A stretch of 64,000 nucleotides of DNA from Tubiluchus corallicola (lineage: Eukaryota; Animalia; Priapulida), in the NCBI GenBank assembly GCA_030141605.1, contig JAQGDQ010000084.1:124001-188000 (forward strand), in the 5' to 3' direction. Under the pieces are notes generated by a model. It saw nothing but the letters and a program-made list of their open reading frames with translations, did no database searches and had not been told where the DNA came from. The translations under genes and the position numbers were made by a program. Below, in pieces: positions 35,282 to 48,304 of the stretch (position 1 is its first letter; each line of letters begins with the position of its first letter).

Positions 35282-38200
35282 CTTTTGTCATTTTTATTTC
35301 ATTGTATTTTATTTCATTTTAGTACTATATTTGTATTTTGTATGGTCTTAGTTAATGAAATAAAAAATTGAACTGAATTGAATAGGATACCTACCTATAG
35401 GAACAGGTGTTGTGCCTCCCTCAAAGACAGTTGGAGCTCTAACTCTAATCGCTCCAATAAGTTGTTGTTGTGAATGGTCACCATGACTTGTGACGTTGGC
35501 GTTCTTGTGAGCTTGCGTGCGCAAATCACGACGTTCTCGCCTCCTTCGGTCGCGTCTTCTGTCGTCGTCATCATAATCATCATCGTCGGAATCTCGATTC
35601 CGGTATCGGCTACTCGTTTCCATTCTGTACTCGTCATTGTCGGCGTCATTTCTCATTCGCACTCTGTCTCTCAGTCTATCTATACGATTTCTCCCGCCGT
35701 CTCTGTCCCGATCGTTGTCCCTGTCACTGTCACTGTCTCTGTCTCTGTCTAAATCATCACGATCGTTGCATTGCTAAACAAGAAAACAATTAAGAAAAAT
35801 TTCGCTTGCATTAACACAGCTAAGAAATTATCATTTTTGCGGCACGTTAATTTATATGGTTTATCTGTATGAGCAAATAAGCATGCTTTTCAATATTGTT
35901 AGCTTGGTTGCGTAGTCTGCTTGCCTGTTTACATCTGTGCCTTGTGAACGTACGCCACTTTGTAGAGAGTAACTTCCTGTGAACACTCTGCAGGAGTGAG
36001 ATTATAATACTTAAAAGTTACGAGTCACTGACCCCACCACCGCTAGTATGCAAGAAGCTGTTACTCTAGCCAATCAGATGTGTATTGAGATGTGACTTAT
36101 ATTACAGCGCCTAAAGGCCAATCAACAGCAACTTAGAAGTAGTGCCCATCTCCATGGTGACAAGTCAGCAGAGGACGTTACTATGGTGACAGGTCAGCAG
36201 AGGGTCGTTGCTAGGTGTTACTAAGGATAGATATTTTTAGATGTGTGACATAAGTTAACTAAGTTTAACCTCAGAATTGGGGTATATAGGGACCAGCAAT
36301 ATCAGTTGGAAGGTAGTCAGTTTGTAGACTCAAGTGTTTTGCTACAGATTCTGCACTAGACGTTTCTCTACCTTCTTAGACTTATTGTGGATGTTCATCA
36401 GTGCACTTAACGTTCAATATACTATACGATCACATATGATAAACAAGACTTTGTGTTTTATGCCTCGACACGTGACGACAATTACATGTTGCTTATTCTA
36501 AGAGTCTAAGTTTACAATCTATAACTAACTACACCACACAAAGAACACGTTCATTATTAATGATAAACAAGACTTTGTGTTTTATACTTCATGATGCTAG
36601 ACGACAACCTGAAGACTTATACATTATTACTGATACCAAGTCACGAGACAACCTCATTATTACTGATTATTATTACTTATTACTCGTTGATTTATAAATC
36701 CTCACCCAAGTATTTTTTCTGCTTATCGGTTGTAATTTTTGGATTAGATATTTAGATGATCAACACTTTTATTGTACTAACCTGTGGGCATCTTAAGTCA
36801 CTGTCGAAAAGTTGAAAGTAACTGTAATTTTGTACATCAGATTTTTATGCCTTGTTAATACTGGTTGCTCTAGGACTTTTAATTTTTTATCATTTATTTG
36901 TGCATCATTACTTTGTTTAAAGTGCAGATAAAATTCAGCTCAATTCAATATCGAGTTTTCTCGCCAAGTGACCCCCAAGCGTGTGTTCAGACTAGAGAGC
37001 AAAACCTGCTGCAAGTTACTCTCTGATAGTAAGGCCAAGCTGACACTCACTTCTCTATTCACGGTGAGAAGTACTGGGAGTAACTCGGCAAGTAACTCGC
37101 AGGCGTATTCAGATTAAAGAGCAAGACATGGTGTGAGCTATTCTCCAAAGCATTCGCAAGTTGACACTCACTTCTCTATTTGCTGTAAGAAGTGTCGAGA
37201 GTAACTCGCCAAGGCAAATCAACTTGCAGCAACTGTGGAAGAGTTTCTTGCTGACAGTAACTCGCAAAACAGTTCGCACTTGGCACAGAAAACTCGCTAG
37301 TCTGAATGTGCCTATAGATTTACAGAGCTCTTCAGCTTTTTAGACTAGTTTAACCTAAGCTAAAGTGTAACCACTATAACCATAATCAAATGAAATTACA
37401 AACTGAAAGTAGTCCTACATACCAATCCGCATTCTGGATCATCATCTGAACACATCACAACTTGACAAGTGAATTGTACAAACGGACTTCCAGGAAAGCT
37501 GAATGCGCCGAACTCGATGTACTTTCGTACAGGTCTAGTACGAGTACGTACCCTGTTGCTCTCTATAAGTTCTGGTACCTCTTGAATGATGCAGCTAGAG
37601 AGAAAAATGTCCGTAGTTTAATTTACCGGAAATGCTCAAAATATACTTGTTAATATTTACGAAAAGTCATATGGAAAGAGGAAGAAAAGGCAATTTCAAA
37701 GTATGTCCCTGAAAGCTTTCCACTCACAGTTATATGTAAGTGCTCGCTTAACGACGCTAATGCATTCCAGCAACAAGCAACGTTAAGCGAAACGTCGTTA
37801 AGACTTCCACCGAAAGTAACGTAAAAGAATTCAGATACGTTCCAGAGGCAAAAATCAATGCTACTTAAATCATATAAATTAAAAGTTTGATGAGTTTTAC
37901 TCGTGTTTCTATTGATTAATTTTTTCTGCTTGCTTCAAACCACCTATATATATTACTTGCCTAGCTAGACGTAAACATTAATTTAAGTCTAGACAGCGGT
38001 TAAACAATAAACGTTGCAGCAGAGACAGAGCCGGGCGCCGGGCGAATTTCGAAATTTAATCTAGTTTGGTGTCTGGTATTTGCAGGCAAAAACAGCCAAC
38101 TGATCTATTAAGAGGGGTTCTTAATTGTAATGATTACATTTTTGTGTCAAGATAATTTTTAAGTTTTGCGCGTTTTCAGTAAATTTATTAAGTATTTTAA

Positions 38201-41200
38201 TCTGTTTTGTTCAGTAAATGAAGTGTATTTTCATAAAGCACTGTGAGATTTTTCTCAAGTAGTTAAAATAATTATTTGCCAACTTAAACAAAAACAACCT
38301 CATCTTCAAATAGCTAATGAAATATCCAACGGGAGTATGTTATTTGTGCAAATGCAGGACATAAATTTTTTGTGCGCTAATGATATTTGTAAAAAAAATT
38401 ATGTAAAATTTCACGCAGCAGCAAACCACAGTTTAGCTGGAACAAAACATAGTGTTTGTGACACGCAGCTGCTATGTTCATTGTTCTGCTGTAGCTTCTC
38501 ACACTAACGGAATGGGCATTTCTAAAGTTGGCGTTGCTATGATGACTGAGCAATCAGTCTACCATCTAGGGGCGAGTTTAAAAACAAGGCAAGTGTGTAA
38601 TTGCACTACTTGCAGTCCTATAAAATCTATTGTCACAAGGGTTCTCACTAAAGTATACGTTTACGATGAAGAGATACATACCCTTTGTCATCAATTAATT
38701 CTATGAAATTTTCCTTTTCGTCTGACGCCTCACAGTTGTACAGAAAGAAGTTCCCGAATTCAGCTAAAATAAAAAGTCTCATAGCAATTACTTATGAAAT
38801 ACCATATATCTGTTTTGTTTAGTAAAGATTATTTCGACTATTATTATCGTCATAAATTCATCTTTGACGATAATAATTTTTAAAGCCTATAAAAACCAAA
38901 ATGCCATGACAAACCTGATTTGCAGAATTAGACTGCTTTTCTGACTCAATGGCTTCGTCAGCTAGTCATCTGGTTATCTGACCGGTTAGCAGGCAATTCA
39001 GCAGACTTGGTGGCTGACCAGTTGATCGATAATTAAGTACTGACCACCTGATTGGCAAGTGGATAAACCAAATGACTGCCTGACAGCCAAGTGGGTAAAC
39101 CGAATGACTGTCCGACAGGCAAGTGAGTGAACCGAATGACTGACTGGCAGGCAAGTGGATAAACTGTATGACTGCCTGACAGGCAAGTGGGTAAACTGAA
39201 TGACTGCCTGACAGCCAAGTGGGTAAACTGAATGATTGTCTGACAGGCAAGTGGGTTAACTGAATGACAGCCTGACAGGCAAGTGGATAAACCAAATGAC
39301 TGCCTGACAGGCAAGTGAGTGAACCGAATGACTGCCTGACAGGCAAGTGGGTAAACTGAATGACTGCCTGACAAACAAATGGGTAAACTGAATGACTGCC
39401 TGACAGGCAAGTGGGCTAACTGAATGACTGCCTGACAGGCAAGTGAGTGAACCGAATGACTGCCTGACAGGCAAGTGGGTAAACTGAATGATTGTCTGAC
39501 AGGCAAGTGGGTTAACTGAATGACAGCCTGACAGGCAAGTGGATAAACCAAATGACTGCCTGACAGGCAAGTGAGTGAACCGAATGACTGCCTGACAGGC
39601 AAGTGGGTAAACTGAATGACTGCCTGACAGACAAATGGGTAAACTGAATGACTGCCTGACAGGCAAGTGGGCTAACTGAATGACTGCCTGACAGGCAAGT
39701 GAGTGAACCGAATGACTGCCTGACAGGCAAGTGGGTAAACTGAATGACTGTCTGACAGACAAATGGGTAAACTGAATGACTGCCTGACAGGCAAGTGGGT
39801 AAACTGAATGATTGTCTGACAGGCAAGTGGGTTAACTGAATGACAGCCTGACAGGCAAGTGGTTAAACCAAATGACTGCCTGGCAGGCAAGCTGGTAAAC
39901 TGAATGACTGCCTGACAGGCAAGTGGGTAAACTGAATGACTGCCTGACAGGCAAGTGGGTAAACTGAATGACTGCCTGACAGGCAAGTGGGTAAACTGAA
40001 TGACTGCCTGACAGGCAAGTGGGTAAATTGAATGACTGCCCGACAGACAAGTGGGTAAACCGAATGAATCCCTGACTGATCGACAGTCTAATTTTTTACG
40101 TGCCCAACAGACAGACGGACTTATTGACCATGTGGTGGAATTACTGGCCGTGCAACTAATTGAGCAACTCGCTGCTGATCGACGGCTTAATCAGCTCCTT
40201 CTCTTCTTGGCTGATTACTTAACCAGCTAGCTTATTGATTAATGAGCAACTAACTGCCCTACCAGCAGACTGACTAATTTCCTGATTAACTGACTGACCT
40301 GGTAACTAATTAACTGTTGATTAGAAGAAGAGGAAACATGTTGACACTGCAGACTTAAAAAGCATTTTTAATTTTACAAAAACTGTTAACGAGAGTTAAC
40401 ACCAGTTATTAAAATTGCATTCTTGTATTTGACTTGTGATACGTCATTGCTCTGATAAATGTAGGCCTGTGATACGTCATTGTTTAATAAGTGTAAGCCT
40501 GTGGTGCGTCATTGACTTAATAAATGTAGGCCTGCGTTACGACGTTGCTCTAATAAATGTAGGCCTGCGTTACGACGTTACTCTAATAAATGTAGGCCTG
40601 TGATACGTCATTGCTTTAATAAATGTAAGCCTGTGATACGTCATTGCTTTAATAAATGTAGGCCTGTGATACGTCATTGCTTTAATAAATGTAGGCCTGT
40701 GATACGTCATTGCTTTAATAAATGTACTTTGTAGCTATGTACTTACTCGTATCTATTAATTCCACTACAAGGACAAGCTTATCGCCAACATCAACAACAG
40801 TTACTGGTTCATCATCTTCAATGTCACCAGGCAATATTTTCATGACAACAACAGGAGTGAACGTTGTACGTACAATTGCATCCTCTTGGATGTCCCTAAA
40901 AATTTCGTGTTATTAACATATAGTCTGTAGGGAATAGTCAACCGCATTGGTAGAAGAATGGCGTTGAAAATGTTGAAAAGATCGCGACTTTAAAGTGAAT
41001 TTTGGCTCCTTTATTACGAATTTCTTCTAACATTTTTGCAAAACATTGAAATAATCTTAACTTTCCAAAAGGCTTCCCTTTCCTTTAAAGTCAAACTAAT
41101 ATTCTTAAATCAAAACCAGACATAATCTTAAACTGCAGGTCTAAACAATCTATTCTTTAAAATACTGAAAGGAAACACACTATTTTTTTCAAAAATGACT

Positions 41201-44200
41201 TACATGAACGAATTATAACCACACAAGTTCTTCCTTGTTACACGCATTTTGTCATTCGCCAGTTGGACGGGCACTAGCGCCTGTATTTCGGAAACGCATT
41301 GTACACAAACAGGTGCTGTAGCTGCCAGTTCAGACGTGTTAGTTTGTGACGAACTACGAACGTTTGACAGCCCATGTGAGAGCACTGCGGTAAATTCGAA
41401 ACTTGAATTTTTATCTTAAAACTTGCCTAGGTTTAGTACAACGCGCTGAATCTCTTACAGTATCACTGTACTTCAATTTTCGCTTTCACAAACACGTGCA
41501 ACATGCTCGCGGAATGTTTTTGCTGTTGAAAATTATGTTAGTTTGTGATGTCATCTACAGTTGGGCTCAACCGCCATTAATTTAGATTTTGATCTATTAT
41601 TTAATTATCAGAAACGCTTTTGCAGTGTTAATTGTGTTAAAATGTCTAATTTTTATCGGACTTGAAAATGGGGTAGTATATGAAAAATCATCCTGTTTTC
41701 CTTTAAAGCCTATGCACTTCTTTATAGCATAGCTAATTTTCTAACATGAAAAAACAACGAGTAATTAGCAAAACTTTCAACATTTGAAGCCATGTTTAGA
41801 AAATGAAGGACGAATGCAAAGAGTTATAAATTTCATATTTTAAGATACCTTGCATCCAGGGCAACGTCCAGCTGTACAGAGTCACCTTGTAATTCAATTT
41901 CACACGTGATGTGATAGGCTAAATCACCATCCGTAATAACAGGTTCATGTTTCTGCACCATTATAGCAACTTCATATCGATTAATCTGTAAATTGTAATC
42001 AGTATTGTTTCATGTTCGCTGTGATATTTTTAAATCTTACCAGGGTCGAAGATTAGAACCTTAGTCAGTGTTTTTTATATCACTTCACTATTGGTTTTAT
42101 TAATATAAACTGTCATAGATTTTTAGATAGTTACTGACTCAGCTACTTTAAACTCAAATAAACGTTTAGATTGTTATTGACTCAACTATTTTAAACTGTA
42201 ATAAACTTTTGGATAGTTACTAACTCAACTTCTTTAAACTCTAATAAACGTTTAGATTGTTACAGACTCAACTATTTTAGACTGTAAAAACGTCTAGATT
42301 TTACAGACTCAATTATTTTAATATCTAAAAAACGTTTAGGTTGTTACTGACTCAACTATTTTAAACTTTAATAAACATTTAGATAGTTACTAGCTCAACT
42401 ATTTTAAACTTTAATGAACTTCAGATAGTTACTGACTCAACTATTTTAAAATGTAAAAACGTCTAGATTTTACAGACTCAATTATTTTAATCTCTAAAAA
42501 ACGTTTAGATTATTACTGACTCAACATATTTTAACCTTTAATAAACATTTAGATAGTTACAGCCTCAACTATTTTAAACTTTAATAAACATTTAGATAGT
42601 TACTGACTCAACTATTTTAACCTTTAATAAACATTTAGATAGTTACTGACTCAACTATTTTAAACTTTAATAAACTTCAGATAGTTATTGACTCAACTAT
42701 TTTAAACTTAAATAAACATGAGCAATTGTAGCAGATAACGACAATATCTTATCAACTTATCATGACACGTCTTCACTTCACAGTAGGCCTCTGACCCAGA
42801 TCAAATTGATCGCGTGACCAGGCCAAAAATCACCACAAGGTGGCCAAAGCCGACAACAAGCGAAAGCTGCTAGTGCAAGATTTCCAGTACATATATACAC
42901 CTATATAGTGGGCTACCCCTATGCAACACTCAAGAATACAGAAAATGTCTGTTTCAAGATAAAGTGAAGATCGCAATTATCTTTAATTGGAAGATAAAAT
43001 AACCATTCCAAACCTCACTATCCTGCAAAACACCACAAGAATCATGGTCGATTTCCAGGCTGAGTCGAGTACTTCCTGTTCCCTCAGCTCTACACGCTGG
43101 TCGATCATAGAAATCTTTGCTGTAAACGAGTCCATTGAATCGTCTGTCGAATCTTAGCGAGAGTTCGATTGAATTTCGATGACACGTGACCTCTCTGTCT
43201 GTGAAACAAGTTGTGGAAAAAACATTGTTTTTCGCTGTTAGTAAGAATATCTGAATATTCCTCGCCTATACTATATATGTATATAAAATGAAAGTGCAAT
43301 AAAACATGTGATAATATTTTAATGTTGTAATAAAACATGTAATAATACACGTGTAATAAAACAGAATACAACTAACTTGTTATTGCTTGTGATTCCACTT
43401 GGAATATCTACAAAAAAACAAATAATCTTGTTAAAATAAATAAACAATTTACGAGTTTTGATCATTTGACACTCTGTAATACAATAGATGGATGTCACCG
43501 TCCAGCAAAAAGCTTTTGCTAATGGTCACCCATCTATTTAGTGACAGTTGTTTAACTTCGGTGGTCTAAGAATTTATGAGAAATATTTAACTGTTCCGCT
43601 CAATTGTTTTTATTATAGTTTTCGTAACTGATAATTGGCGATGGCCATGATAGCAACAGGACGACGATGACAGCGATGATGATGACTGTGACGATGATGA
43701 TGATGATGGTGAAGATAATAATGATGGCGGTGGTGGTGGCAGTAGTGGTAGTGGCAGTGGTGTTGGTGGTTGTGGTGGTGGTGGTGGTGCTGACAGAGGT
43801 GGCAGTGGTGGTGGTAGTTGTGTTGATGATGACGAGGCTCCTACTGCTTATGTAGACAACAACAATGACTGCTTAGCTTGGTTTCATGTAATTTATTACA
43901 ATTTACAAAGACCAGAAAAAGTTCTGCGTTTATAAGTTACATTTTTATCGAGAAATAATTGCAATTTTTTACAATTAACAGAGAATTTAAAAGTTACATT
44001 TTCACAGAGAATTTGTCACAATTTATTACAATTTACAGAGAATTTAAAGTTGCATTTTTACAGAGAATTTATTACAATTTATTACAATTTACAGAGAATT
44101 TAAAAGTAACATTTTCACTAAAGTATCTAGTAATAATTTCAACGTACATCGCATAATTCACATCCGGGGAACGATTAAACGAAGCACGAATCTTTACCTA

Positions 44201-44277
44201 CCTCAGGTTGAAGTTCTTACCTGAATTAGTACAATGACCGTCAGTGACGTCATCGTTAAACGTTCCAGCTTCCCCAT
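33552..44277 (-). CDS. ZP-domain (cuticlin-like) type I membrane protein, 9 coding exons, ~500 aa
   Basis: Exons (minus strand) 44277-44221, 43407-43377, 43198-43014, 41985-41849, 40895-40747, 38763-38682, 37594-37423, 35773-35395, 33862-33552; all phases fit. Signal peptide MGKLERLTMTSLTVIVLIQIFQVES; ZP-N EVTCHRNSIELSLRFDRRFNGLVYSKDFYDRPAC; ZP-C VDVGDKLVL, LYNCEASD, LIDDKGC, FGAFSFPGSPFVQFTCQVVMC; furin-type RRRRERR; TM helix TLAVISAMFVASIIAMVTAVVCLCC. An acceptor at ~44340 implies an upstream 5'UTR exon. Confidence 0.9.
34018..34403 (+). mobile_element. MITE family D (TIR AATAAGCCTTTTC); other copies at 16810-17192, 23530-23840, 34808-35204, partial at 9040-9140 and 63900-64000
   Basis: Inverted termini ATAAGCCTTTTC/GAAAAGACTTAT; the shared ~390-bp body includes AGAACAAGAAAAAATGAACTAGGTAAGG. 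Confidence 0.75.
34808..35204 (-). mobile_element. MITE family D copy, inverted relative to 34018-34403
   Basis: AATAAGCCTTTTCAC..GAAAAGGCTTAT; reverse complement of the neighbouring copy. Confidence 0.75.
39045..40068. repeat. 32-bp minisatellite, ~32 units, in intron 5 of the ZP gene
   Basis: Unit GGCAAGTGGGTAAACTGAATGACTGCCTGACA repeated head to tail with no spacers. Confidence 0.95.
40435..40724. repeat. ~30-bp tandem repeat ending next to the donor of ZP exon 5
   Basis: TGTGATACGTCATTGCTTTAATAAATGTAGGCC-like unit repeated about 9 times. Confidence 0.9.
41105..41706 (-). mobile_element. Kolobok-like MITE family A copy (reverse orientation)
   Basis: Reverse complement of family A, ending CCTGTTTTCCTTTAA. 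Confidence 0.8.
42115..42720. repeat. ~39-bp AT-rich tandem repeat, ~15 units
   Basis: TTTAGATAGTTACTGACTCAACTATTTTAAACTTTAATAAACA-like unit. Confidence 0.9.
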
Positions 44278-44959
44278 GATCAGGAGTAGCCAGTGGACAG
44301 TACAACAACTAATGCAGCAAGTAGTCCTAACGTAGATGCCTGTAGAAAAATGAATAAGCTGAGAAAAACTGTTATAGTCATGGAAATTGACAGTGATATA
44401 ATGAGAATTTGCCGTTTCTTATGTCATAACCACTAATGTCAATGATCTCTGTTAATTTTATACTGACATTTTTGCAGAGAATACAATTAATACAATCAGG
44501 AGTAGCCAGTGGTCAGTACAGCAACTAATGCAGCAAGTAGCCCTAACGTAGCAACCTGTAGAAAAATGAATTAGCTGAGAAAAACTGCTGTAGTCATGGA
44601 AATTGACAGTGATATAATGAGAATTTGTGGTCTCTTATGTTATAACCACTAATGTCAATGATCTCTGTTAATTTTATACTGACATTTTTGCAGAGAATAC
44701 AATTAGAGGGATGCGTGGCAGGTCACTGACTCTTCCCTGTGAGTAGAATTAATTAATTCGTCTTATACGATTTGCTCTACCTGCTGTAACAGCAGCAGAT
44801 ACGTCAACTCATCTGGCTCAATAAACAGTTAGTATTAAATCGTTGAATTTTTATAATTAATTTTTTAAATATCTCGTGGAACTATATTTCGCTTAGAATG
44901 TACTGATACGATGTTTCTACGTTTTTTTAGATCAATTAGTAAATTTAATCGATGAATGC

Positions 44960-47900
44960 AAACCTAATCAGACTGTTACCGTTCGTCCATAAATAATGGG
45001 TAAACAATGGGATAAACAATGGATGAATAGCTTTGTAAGAAAATTGAGAAAGCAGAAAGAAAGTACCTATAATAATTACCGAGCGAACAAATCCCCAGAA
45101 ACGTGGCAGGCCTATGCTACAATCAGAAACAAATATAGCAATTCTATTAAAAAGGCCAAAATTGATTATCTTAATAAATTATGTGATAAACTAAACAACC
45201 ACGAAACCAGTCCAACGACATGGTGGAACATTACTAAAAAAATTATAAAAATTCTAGTGAATTTGCTATCCCGCCTTTTGACGGGTACAAATTTATCTGA
45301 AACCGGTACTTCTGCAAAATGCGACATGTTTAACAATAATTACTTCGTAAACCAGACTAGATTAGGCACATCTGCAGCGTTTTTACTTAACTTCCTACTA
45401 AAAACTAAAGAACGTTTATCCTCTGTGCCCAGAACAAAATTCTCAAACTAATATATCATGTAAGGTATGACCATCCCACAAATATAATTTACTTGTCTGT
45501 TGAAACTGTTAAAGTGAAAGAAATATATGACATGTATTGTCTTCATTTCATGTATCAGTATCATAATTCACTACTTCTACCAGCTTTTCAGTCATACTTT
45601 AGTCCAGTTTCAAATCAACATGATCATTACACAAGATATTCAGTCGGAAACTATGTACTCCCACTTCCAAAAACAAATATAATGAAACAGTCATCAAAAT
45701 ATAATGCTATTAAAATATGGTCATCAATTCCGCGTGAAATGAAAACTCTTAATCGTTATCAATTTAAAAAGCATCAAACAATTACTTACTACAACGGTAT
45801 AATTAACTTACAGTTTTACTCATCCTGATCTTAAGTTACTAAAAAACTTATTTTGTTCTAATGTACGTTATAACTGATGAAAACGCAATGTTAATTGTCA
45901 ATTGTTTCTCTTCTTTGGAGGAGGACTCGAAAGCTCAATGCTCCTTCCTCCTCCCCACAGTAACTCGCATAGTTTTTTCAATGTAATATCAATTTGTATG
46001 TATGTTTGAGTTGCTGTGGAATAAATTAATAATTCAATTCTGTAACCGTAAATGAGATCGCGGTTAAGACACTTTTGGAAAAAACCAAAATAGGTAAAGC
46101 TACAGGAGCTGATCAGTAATCATGTGTTGAAATTTTGTTCTACCTTGTTAGCCAAACCCTTAACATGGCTTTTTAACATCTCATTACTGAGTGGCCATTT
46201 TCCATTTGTGTGGAAGCTCGTAAACGTATGCCCTACACACAAAACCGGAGATATACAAATCGTTTGTAATTATAAGCCCATATCGCTTTTGTCATGCACC
46301 TCAAAAATTCTAGAATGTATCGTATACAACGAACTGTACAATTATTTGGCTATTCAAAATAACTTTTTAACTGAGAAAAATTCAGGCTTTAAACCGGGTG
46401 ACATCACAATTAACCAACTACTTTCTATACTGCATAAAATCTATCAAAATTTAGACAATGGAGGAGAACCTTGTTGCATATTCCTGGATATTATTAAGGC
46501 TTTCGTTAGAGTTTGCCACAAGGGCTTAATTTTCAAATTAAAACAGTATGGCATTGATGGCGCTAGTTTAAAATGGATTTCATGTTATCTCTGTGATACT
46601 TGACGACATTTTGTGTGATGTACAAACGGTGCATGCTGGAGTGCCTCGGGGATCTATTCTCTGACCCCTATTATTTTTAGTCTTCATTGACGACATCACG
46701 GAGAATATTCGCTTATATGCCGATGACACTTCATTATTTCATTCTTTTACTGACGAATCTGAATCTTCAGTACAGCGTTTGAATCCTCATCTTAAACAAT
46801 AACAAAAATTGTCTACTCAATGGTTAGTTTCGTTTAATCCACACAAAACTGATGTTTTGATCTTTTCCCGTAAAGCAACACCTTGTAACTTTCCTCCTCC
46901 TTATATGTGTAACACTCTATGAAAAGAGAGTAAAGAGCATAAGCATCTGGGCATCGTGCTTGCGAGTGATCTAAGCTGGACACCTCATATCAGTAAAATT
47001 AAGGAAAACACAAACCGGAGTTTGAATAACTTATGATGCATAAGCCAATTCTTAGCGCGTGCGACATGTGAGAAACTTTTTAACAGCATCATCTTACCAG
47101 CAATTGAATATGGAAATGTAATTTGGTCCGGACGCCAAGACTACAATATGAAACTACTACAAAATGTACAGTTAAGTGCTGGCAGAATTTGTTCAGGTGC
47201 CATGCATAGATCATCGTCAGAACTTGTACTTAAAGATTGTGGTTTTACTTTGTTTGAAAAACCTTTTAAATTTTATCGTTTGTGTATGTTTTCTAAAATT
47301 GTTAATAATTTAGCTCCGTCTTATTTATACAGTATGTTGCCATTGCAAGTGAGAAACTTTACCGCGCAATGCTGAAAGTTACAGAAATTTTTTCTCTCAC
47401 ACGTTGGCTTTTAAAAAATCATTCTTTCTTTCGTCCATTGATTCATTGAATTAACTTCCCATATCTTTACGTGAAATAACATCTTTATCGAAACTTGAAC
47501 TGAAAAAGTACTTTGATTTTCACAAACATCCAAATCATTTTTCGTACGGCAAACGTCCTAATTCGATTCACCACACTTGCACGCGCAGAGGATTTAGCCA
47601 GCTAAATTATGACCTGTCACTTAAAAATTGTAAAAATAATGATGGTTCTCTAGTATCACCTTACTGTTCTTGTAGTGCCTCTCTTGAAACACATGAACAC
47701 TTTTTTCTACCAAGAAATAAAATGTTTAACAACCTTAATGCTTTATATGACAACAATAACATCACAAATTTGGCAGTTAGAAATATTTTAAATTTGTTAC
47801 TACGCGGAGATGAAAATTTAAGTTACGTAGGTAATTGTAAGATATTTGATTGTTTACTTTGTGTACAGTTGTTTATAACCGAATCCAGACGTTTTAAATG

Positions 47901-48060
47901 ATGATTACTGGAATTGATTAATTTATTTTTACTATATCCTATATAGCAAAGATGCATGTTTATTGTTTACTGATAAACCAGTTTAGTGCACAGGCTAAAT
48001 ATTTAACTATTTACCATTTATTGTTTGTATTTACTGACACCAAGTAACTATAATAACTTT
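44960..48060 (+). mobile_element. Decayed 5'-truncated LINE (CR1/L2 group) ORF2 reverse transcriptase
   Basis: YKPISLLSCTSKILE, SGFKPG, IFLDIIKAF, GVPRGSIL*PLLFLVFIDD (~46640-46695), RLYADDT (~46710-46730), C-terminal CSC..ETHEHFFL; many stops and frameshifts. Confidence 0.9.
45427..46040 (+). mobile_element. 3' fragment of a second LINE (L2/Crack-like) nested in the first
   Basis: ORF 45493-45828 (..HFMYQYHNSLLLPAF..HYTR..KYNAIKIWSSIP..), a 3'UTR stem-loop GGAGGAGG..CCTCCTCC at ~45917-45954, and TCTGT duplicated at 45422-45426 and 46039-46043. Confidence 0.8.
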
Positions 48061-48304
48061 GTAAATTTATTTATAATTTATATATATATATATATATTTA
48101 TTTATTTATCTATCTATCTATTACCACTAACAGTTGTTAAATTTACTAAACGGGGTGTGCCCACGCCTAAGTTGTAAAAACGTTCTGGTATAAATTCCGT
48201 TTAAACTAAATTAACTATCTCGTACATAATACCGTAGTTATCTAATATTAATTATTTGGGCTATAAGAGCTTATAGACATCTCTAATGTGATGTGAGTCT
48301 CTGT

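Noticed and set aside
39045-40068. CRISPR-like 32-bp repeat array and its repetitive ORFs
   Set aside because: The units are contiguous with no unique spacers, there are no cas genes, and the context is a eukaryotic intron. The ORFs are by-products of the repeat.
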